Below the pieces are notes generated by a model, which saw nothing but the letters and a program-made list of their open reading frames with translations, searched no databases and was not told the origin of the DNA. Below are positions 55,794 to 64,000 of a stretch of 64,000 nt of DNA, piece by piece. The stretch comes from Eledone cirrhosa. Lineage: Eukaryota. Both the position numbers and the translations under genes were made by a program. The stretch is taken from positions 27,342,001 through 27,406,000 of the forward strand of contig OZ024743.1 of assembly GCA_964016885.1 (NCBI GenBank). The letters run 5' to 3'. The first letter of the stretch is position 1, and the number at the start of each line of letters is the position of its first letter.

Positions 55794-55980
55794 TAGTAAC
55801 ACAACAGTTAGTTCACCATACCGAGAACAATTGTTTCACCTTATGCGGATCTTCAGCTCCAGATCCGCATAAGGTTAAACAATTATTTTCGGTATGTTGT
55901 GTTACTACTTCTACCAAACTCGTCTCATGGACTGAGTGCTCTACCACTACTGATATTACCTTCCAGTGTTCTACCTCACT

Positions 55981-56079
<99 letters not shown>

Positions 56080-56277
56080 TAGTAACACAACAGTTAGTTC
56101 ACCATACCGAGAACAATTGTTTCACCTTATGCGGATCTTCAGCTCCAGATCCGCATAAGGTTAAACAATTATTTTCGGTATGTTGTGTTACTACTTCTAC
56201 CAAACTCGTCTCATGGACTGAGTGCTCTACCACTACTGATATTACCTTCCAGTGTTCTACCTCACTCTCTCTCCCCC

Positions 56278-56334
<57 letters not shown>

Positions 56335-56489
56335 GAGAGAGAGAGAGAGGGGGAGAGAGAGAGGTAGAACACTGGAAGGTAATATCCGTAGTGGTAGAGC
56401 ACTCAGTCCATGAGACGAGTTTGATAGAAGTAGTAACACAACATACCGAAAATAATTGTTCAACCTTATGCGGATCTGGAGCTGAAGAT

Positions 56490-56495
<6 letters not shown>
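55527..56495 (-). mobile_element. Array of three tandem family B pLTR units plus one inverted unit; each tandem unit has a hammerhead
   Basis: Units start 55527, 55791, 56077; HHR minus at 55559-55595, 55823-55859, 56109-56145 (GAG-CTGAAGA-TCCGCATAAGGT-GAAA-CAATTG-TT-CTC); inverted unit 56362-56495. Confidence 0.85.
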
Positions 56496-56547
<52 letters not shown>

Positions 56548-56552
<5 letters not shown>

Positions 56553-57321
56553 TAAAAATAGACAAGGTTTAAAATGTCCTCTTCAGTAGTCTTCTGATTT
56601 ATCGTTGGTATTTCGACGCATTAAAGACTAGATACCTAAAATTAAGTTATCGCGACAGTGGGAAAACGGAGGGAAGAAAACAAACACATGGTGGTATGCA
56701 ACGAAAAGAGAGGAAAAATAGAGACAAGTCAATGAATCACGTGGGCATAAGCGAACGTTTTGTTCGCAACAACGCAGCACGCCATTTTTCATTCACATAA
56801 TTTTTCCCTTTGCTGTGGTTTGTATATTTTCTGTTACCTTATTGTTATCACCCCTTCTCACTCCTTCATCTTGCCTTCCTCAACTCCTGCTGCTGGTCAC
56901 TCACTCTCGGCTGGTCCATCCTCCTACTTTCACTCACTCCCTCTCTGCTTCTCCCCCCTCCCACTTCCTCCCGTGTGACCTGCTTGAATTTCTTCCCTCT
57001 CTCAATCTTCTCGCAGCTCGGACGTGTCTATTTCTCCTCGTCAATTTGATATGTCGGGCTTATGCCCACGTGATTCATTGACTTGCCTCTATTTTTCCTC
57101 TCTTTTCGTTGCATACCACCATGTGTTTGTTTTCTTCCCTCAGTTTTCTCACTGTCCCGATAACTTAATTGAGTTATCGCTCGCACTGATTTTAGGTATC
57201 TAGTCTTTAATGCATCGAAATACCAACGATAAATCAGAAGACTACTGAAGAGGACATTTTAACCGTTGTCTATTTTTATTCATATATTCATGTTCGCAAC
57301 AACGCAGCACGCCATTTCTCA

Positions 57322-57326
<5 letters not shown>
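56548..57326. mobile_element. Fold-back element with about 200-bp inverted arms between (TA)n
   Basis: 56548-56751 inverted versus 57057-57283; half-HHR CTGAAGA-GGACA...TGTCT; 35-bp direct repeat 56761/57291. Confidence 0.65.
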
Positions 57327-57370
<44 letters not shown>

Positions 57371-59394
57371 TTATATTTGGTTTGTGTTTTATATTTTGAG
57401 TTTGATCTATTGATTTTTTTTATTACATACAGACATATGTCAAAGCTCATGTTTATTTATTTTTGTAACTTTTGTAGCACATCTGCAAAAAATAACTGAA
57501 CTGACCAGTCGAAAGTGTGCTGCATTTCATTCAATTATATCATGTCTAGCTCTTGTTTTTCAGTATGTCGCACTTTAATATATTCATGATTGATATTGAT
57601 GACCGAATATTTCTTTCCGTTTGTGTGAAAACAGTCTTCCAGTACATCAGCAACTCATGACCAACTAACACTGGTTGAAAGTGTTGACAGATCAGTCATG
57701 TCTCTATATGTTTCCAAATATTCAAGTAGTCGATTAATATTCAAGTAGTCGATTAATCGAATCTGAACGACGAGTGTATTAGATATCTTACAATGAAATT
57801 TAAAAAGAATCACATGCTATGATTTTTATAAATGCTCAGTGGAATCAATAGTGGAATCTTTGTAAGGAAATGCTTTAATATATTCTGAGAAAGACAGAAG
57901 CTTATTCGTGATAAACAATTCCAAGAAAATATATTATCACTAACCTTACTGAATTCAAACATGGTTTGTTACGTTTTATTACATGTACTAGTTTAGTCGA
58001 TAATTCTAGGATTCGGTGTTACATTTATGAACAATGAAGATTCATGGTAGATTCTATCCTCTAACCCATTACTCTAGGTTTTATGCCATAAGACGGAATC
58101 CTTTATAAAATGAATTTGATGTAATCTGAGCCTTCTTTGAATTGAAGATATCTTATTTCTGAAGTTGAACCCAACATTAAATTTCTCCCATGATTAATTT
58201 CAAGTTTACAAAATCATAAATCTTTCCAAATGATTCCTTTTATTTCACCAATAACACCAATAACTGTCCATATCCTGGCAGAACGGATCTTAAGACAACA
58301 AAATTATAGCATCAATAAAAGCATGTTCTAGTCAGCAAGTTTCTACAAGAGAGTGAGGCCTGTGAATTGTTTTAACATTTATCATTATCAATATTATGGT
58401 CTTGACTATAACGGTCTGGTGAAAAGCTTCAATTTTATTCAAATTCATTGATCCAATTTTTGAAGATGAGATCATACACTCTGCATCATAATTTAAATTG
58501 TATCTTTCTTCAAGCTGATTTATTAATATTAATTACAACGTTACCCTTAGTTATTGTGTATCAGGTCAAACGGAGAAAATATAAATTACAATGTCACAGA
58601 ATATAATAGTTATGTGATATAGGGTGGGAAGTATTCGAGATATATGTAAGCGATAAAATAGCACGAAAGCAATAAATTAAGATTTTCACTTCGAATATAT
58701 ATTTAATAATCGATATAAAAGATTACTTTTGTTTTGTGTACCATGACAACCGTGGTATTATATCATAATACCCTATTCCATTATAAATATATTTCCTATT
58801 AAGCTGAGTTTGTCTTATATTTATTGCTAAAGTGTTTCAGTTTGCGTTAGATTTAATTATATCTGTCGTGGATAAATATAAGGTTGATGAATTGCTGAAG
58901 CCGTATGACAAAGTGCTGACTGGTATATTTGTCATCCCTTCATCAGGCGGATGAGCAGTTCCAATGACCCCTTTCAGAGTTTTTTAAACCGGTGTGAGGC
59001 CTTTAGGAAGACGTCCTCATAACTGGAACATATCTGATGCGTGTGATGGAGTGGAATCCACTAAAATCGCTTAAAGACCAGCTAGTGTTGTTAAACTGAG
59101 AAAGTTGTTAAATCTTACAACACAGAACTCAGAACAGACAGAGCCGGAAAACTGCACCAAAGCACTCTGTCCGCCAATCTAACGACTTCACCAATCCACC
59201 GCTTCAGACTGATATTTTATTTATTTATCAACTAATAATTTATTTATCAATCGTGAAATGCAAAAGCCAGAATAAATACTACCTGTCGCTCTTTCATTTT
59301 TGTTAAACGTCCTTTTACATTCTAATTTCATATCCTGTTTTTCATCTAGAAAAGTGATCAATGTAAAATGTCAGTTAAGCTGGATCATTGAATG

Positions 59395-59745
59395 TCATAT
59401 GGCAGTATCGGTAGAGGGTCGGACGCCATGCTTTGTAGCAAAGAGTTACGGCTCTTTATTGTCTGAGTTCAAATCCCACCGAGGTTAACTTTGCCTTTCA
59501 TCCTTGCGGGGTCGATAAAATAAAGTAGCAGTAATACACTGGTATAATTGCTGGCCTTGTGCCAAAAGTAGAAACAATTATATGTATTTATCTGAGGGCC
59601 GTGGATTTGTAGAGTCATTAAAACGTTGTACAAATGTCTAGCAACATTTGTTCCAGTTCTCAACGTTCTGAGCTCAAATCCCAGTGAGGTCAATTTTTCC
59701 TTTTATTCTTGTGAGGCCGATAAAATATAGCTTATGTAACGTATT
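59395..59745 (+). mobile_element. Two tandem tRNA-derived SINE copies
   Basis: tggcagtatcggtaga A-box; gagttcaaatcc B-box; ctttgcctttcatcc...gtcgataaaataa core; second weaker copy from about 59597. Confidence 0.7.
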
Positions 59746-60840
59746 GGTGTTGTGTATAAATAAAAAAATCACTACGTGTGTTTATTTATACAGTTTTATT
59801 TATTTATTTATTCATTTATTTATTTATTATTTTCTGTTAGTTATGATAGAACACACTGAATCAAGGAATAGGATGGTGAGATCGAGAAGGGACCATGTGT
59901 CTACATAGTAAACACCTTACAAACAGAGATATGCTTGTGTCGATCTAAACAGATGAACTAAAGAATTAACAAAATAACAATCAATTATTTAAATAAATCG
60001 ATTTAATAATTAACACCTAAATATGTAACGTAGACAGAATGACGTATCAGCGTTTCCATGGACCACCCCAAATTCTATACCTCCAGTATTTATAAACGAG
60101 TGCCTTTCTACGTGGTCCCTCGATTTGCTAGAAATGGTATTCGAACTTGCCTTAAACAACATTCAGAAAGTACTTTGAGTAATGTAATCAATATTCGCCT
60201 AAGATTATGGAGTGGTCATGGATGGATTACAATTTATTATAGGTCTATTCTATCTCACTCCTATATGTTTCTTTTGCTACTCTTACAATAATATTACATT
60301 GGAATCGTGACTTTATGTCAAAATTGCACCGAGTTACACCGCTTCCTTACTCCCAAATCATCCCCCACGTGACGCATTGTCGAAGCCAAATGTCTATATT
60401 CGCCGATATCTCTTCTCATTACCTTCCACTCTATTAGAAATCCTCTCCAGCATTCCCTGTATTAGACATCTATATTTAACTTCTATATTTCCTGAATTCA
60501 ACCACTCACTTCTATAAAATTCTACGCGGTACCAAATCCACATTAGGCTCTCGAATTCGACGTCTTCGTTCTACCAATATCAATGTAATAGAGTGTATTG
60601 AATGCCAAATGTGCTATGCACGGTATATTGGTTGGATTGATCATCGCATAACAGATCGCTTCTCGTTGAATCTCTTCGATAATCTGACCTATCATTACAA
60701 ATCGCTAGGATATTCCAAGAACCCCATTTCTGTCATTAAATTACTCCAACACGAACAATATGTATATCACCATCCATATATATATATCATCATCATCGTA
60801 TGACGTCTATATTCCACGCTAGGATGGGTTTGACGGGACC

Positions 60841-60877
<37 letters not shown>

Positions 60878-61205
60878 ATATTTATATATATGGTCAGGTC
60901 GTCGGCGACTAAACCGGCAACCCCACCAAGCTAGCTTGGTGAGGAAGGGGAGATTAGGACATCCTGCGAGATTAAATACAAGACCTGGCAAAGGTGGAGG
61001 AACTCAACAGAGCCAACGGCCATCCAAATATTGTGGGATTGGTCGAGTGCAAGGCCTTTCCCCACTTCAAAAGCCTTCAAAGCACAGGCATTGCTTGTTC
61101 AGATTATGCTACAGTTTCGTGTGGCTGGCTGTAGCCTAAAGGTGTACTAAATTCTATAATCTGATGAGCGATAGAAATAATCTTAACAGAGTTTGCAGCG
61201 ATCAA

Positions 61206-61299
<94 letters not shown>

Positions 61300-61300
<1 letters not shown>

Positions 61301-61463
61301 CGATATTAACAAATGGAAACTATATTTATAAAACAATATTTATTTCATAAATATAGTTTCCATTTATTAATATCGTATAACTACTCCAAATACTTGTCGA
61401 TTGCTATATATCAGTTATAATAATATTTGCTTGTTGTATCCCAACAATTTAAATAGAACTTTT

Positions 61464-61466
<3 letters not shown>
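61300..61466 (+). mobile_element. Family A pLTR tail with short fold-back
   Basis: aaatggaaactatatttat / ataaatatagtttccattt inverted; tail matches reverse complement of 736-850. Confidence 0.7.
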
Positions 61467-61552
<86 letters not shown>

Positions 61553-61989
61553 ATAATAATAAGGATTTTAGCAGTGAGTTATGTTTACAGAGTTGTAGTG
61601 TTGCCACGAGGAACCAGGTTTGGTAGAAAGATATGATAGGAATATCGACAATGACTTTAGCTTGTTTTTACATTATTTATTAACACAGGTTAAGAAGTGA
61701 ATTAAGCTGGCAGCCAAGAATAATGAAATAATTCAATTAAGATTACAAGAGAAAAGACGGTCGACTGGCTGAGGCGTTTGGCCAGGTCCATAGTAAAATT
61801 GTTGTGTCGTTACATATTGTTTGTGCTTAGGGAGCAAAAGAACAAGTGGCGTTTACCTTAGCATGGTCAAGCTGCAAGAGTTAGTTTCCTCAAATCTTCG
61901 CGGGCTATTTCTCCCCCAGAACGCGTAGGGATACATCCTCTTCTCCTGGCGCTGATTGGCTGAGCTGAGCCAAATCACGCACAGAGAAT

Positions 61990-62700
61990 GTATGTGAGCC
62001 CGCGGAATGTAGGTCTCTACATCACCTCCGAGCAGATTTTTAGCCGAAAATCGTTAACGATGAAGCCAAGGACGCACAAGGTACAGTTTACATCCCCCAT
62101 TCTAGACGGTAGTCGATACACATTATTGAATCAGCAGGAACAAATGCTGAAAGAGCACATCAGTGAAAAAATAATTGAGCAGAAAGATGCATGCAAGAAC
62201 AAAAATGAGGCGCTACGGGCTGTGTTGAGCCGCTTTCAAATGACTAGCTGTTTTGTAGTTTATACGTGACCACCAGAGGTCTAACCAAAAACAGATAAAG
62301 TTTGACATGGGTGAAGTTGCTGTTCTTGCATTAAATGTTAATGGTAAGTGTTGTACCAATAGCTGTAGACGAAGCTATTATGGCAGTTTACCAGTGCTAG
62401 CAAGAAGATGATGGGTAGGCGAGAAAATGTTGGCCTCCCTGATGTATTGCCGAATGTGCCAGGGAGCCAGAAAAAAGGGTGGTTGCTTTGAAAAGAAAAA
62501 AAGCAAGTTGAATCTGTAGGTGGGTTGCAGTTCCATAATTCGGGCGAATCCACAGAAGTGGTGGAAATTCTGACAAGTCCAGTTCTATTTGTTGTTTTCC
62601 CGGTGAGTTGGGGAAAATAACAAGATAGAGGTTGTTATGGACGATGGATGTGCAACGAAATGCGAAACTGTTTGAGTTCAGCTGCAATTAGCATTCTCGT
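61990..62700 (-). mobile_element. Possible decayed Gypsy gag remnant
   Basis: FPPLLW / DSPELW resembles the LPxFWxDxPELW gag N-terminal motif; heavily disrupted. Confidence 0.25.
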
Positions 62701-64000
62701 GTTGCGGTGCAGGTGAATTAAGCTGCAAGTGTCGATAGCATGTTTTGGTACCTCCAGAAGGTGAAAAGGGATCTCGCAGAATATTACGACGCTTGAAGAT
62801 CACATACTATAGAAAACAACATGTTGGTGTGTGTATATATGCAGGCATGTAATACAGCAAAGAAAATGTGTGCGTGCAGTCACATATACAATGATAGAGA
62901 GAAATGAATTTTCATATAATACAGCTTAAAAAAAAATAAATGTCCAAAATAAATGCCTGAAAAAAAAGGAAGAAAGAAAGAATTGTTTCTTTTCTTTTAA
63001 CAAAAAGTTCGCTTCTTTTTTCTTTGGGAACGCTCTTACTAGGGAGCTAGTAGAGTTGTTGTTTTTGTTAAAGCAAAGTCACAATGAATCTTCTGTAGAG
63101 TAGAAGTCGAGCGTTGAAGAACCTAGTGTCACCAACATGGCAGCCACGTCTGACACCATAATGGTGAGAAAACTAATGTCTTAATTTCTCGAGTCCTTGT
63201 GGTAACGAGACAGAAGGCATGGTGGTTGTGTCGGTAAAGTTACAAGCTGTTCCCTGGTGTTGGTTAATAGTTAGCCATGTGTTGCTGCTGATGGCTGGTA
63301 CTTGGTGGTAGCCGTTTTGAAATATCCTCGTGGCGTAAAGTTTTTGAAATACTGCTAATTTTTTTCTAAAAATATTCTAAAGAAATTTTGAATAATAAAA
63401 AAAATGATTTTCCATGAAAATCCCAAGATGGCCGATTGAAAAATGCGTCTGTGATGAAGAAGCCGTCATGTGGCACGATGCAGCCAATCAGACGGCTGGG
63501 ATTGGAGAAGACAAGCTGTACGCGGGAAAACAAAATTTTTGAGTCTCCATTTTGTAACTTTAACAGAAGTTTGAAAGCAAAATTCTATATCCAAGGCAAG
63601 TTGTTCTTATTCGGTGGTCACCGTACTCATTTTATCAACTAATTGAAATATACCAAACCACCTCAACCGGATAGAAGACATCGCATAATTTTCAATCCAA
63701 AAGAGAAATTTTTTGTTAGTCGTCGAAAAAACTCTTTCTTTTGTGTTGTATTTTTGTGTTCGTCTGTATGCGTGAGTCACTAGTGTTACCATGAAAGTTA
63801 TGACAGAAACATTGTGCAGGCCGCGTGCTTCAACGAATGGAATATTATGAATTTTATGGACTCAGGCTAAGTGAGTCTAGCTACCCGATTCGAACATTTC
63901 AAATGTTAAGCCACTCCACATATCCATTAAAACGATTGGCGAATTCAAATAGGCTGCGTTTTCATACTTAATCGTCGAGGGTCACCAATTTAGCGTAGAG

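Noticed and set aside
55527-56340. CRISPR-like repeat array
   Set aside because: Eukaryotic context, units of about 190 bp, spacers are microsatellites, no cas genes
61162-61185. CTGATGA-GCGATA-GAAA mini-hammerhead
   Set aside because: No stem II or stem I pairing possible

Overview
This is AT-rich, microsatellite-dense eukaryotic DNA. The SINE, RTE and Penelope repertoire suggests a coleoid cephalopod such as Octopus (inference). I found no convincing host gene, and most listed ORFs are microsatellite artefacts. Bases 1-36 kb are a pile-up of retroelements, each sitting in its own microsatellite type. Penelope-like elements (PLEs: a near-intact Hydra-type, a Neptune-type and a Nematis-type) lie in (TA)n. 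A C2H2-finger RTE and an R4/Dong RLE fragment lie in (TATG)n, and two head-to-tail Tx1/L1-clade LINEs lie in (TCTA)n. Bases 36-64 kb hold old SINEs, MITEs and LINE remnants. The hidden layer is RNA-structural: by eye I count 17 type I hammerhead ribozymes (HHRs) with both core boxes intact plus about 5 degenerate ones. Many lie in short ORF-less cassettes arranged as fold-back palindromes or as retrozyme-like tandem repeats, and several families share a co-varying ACTC...GAGTGC hairpin downstream. All of this was read by eye, so boundaries are approximate and clade names need phylogenetic confirmation.
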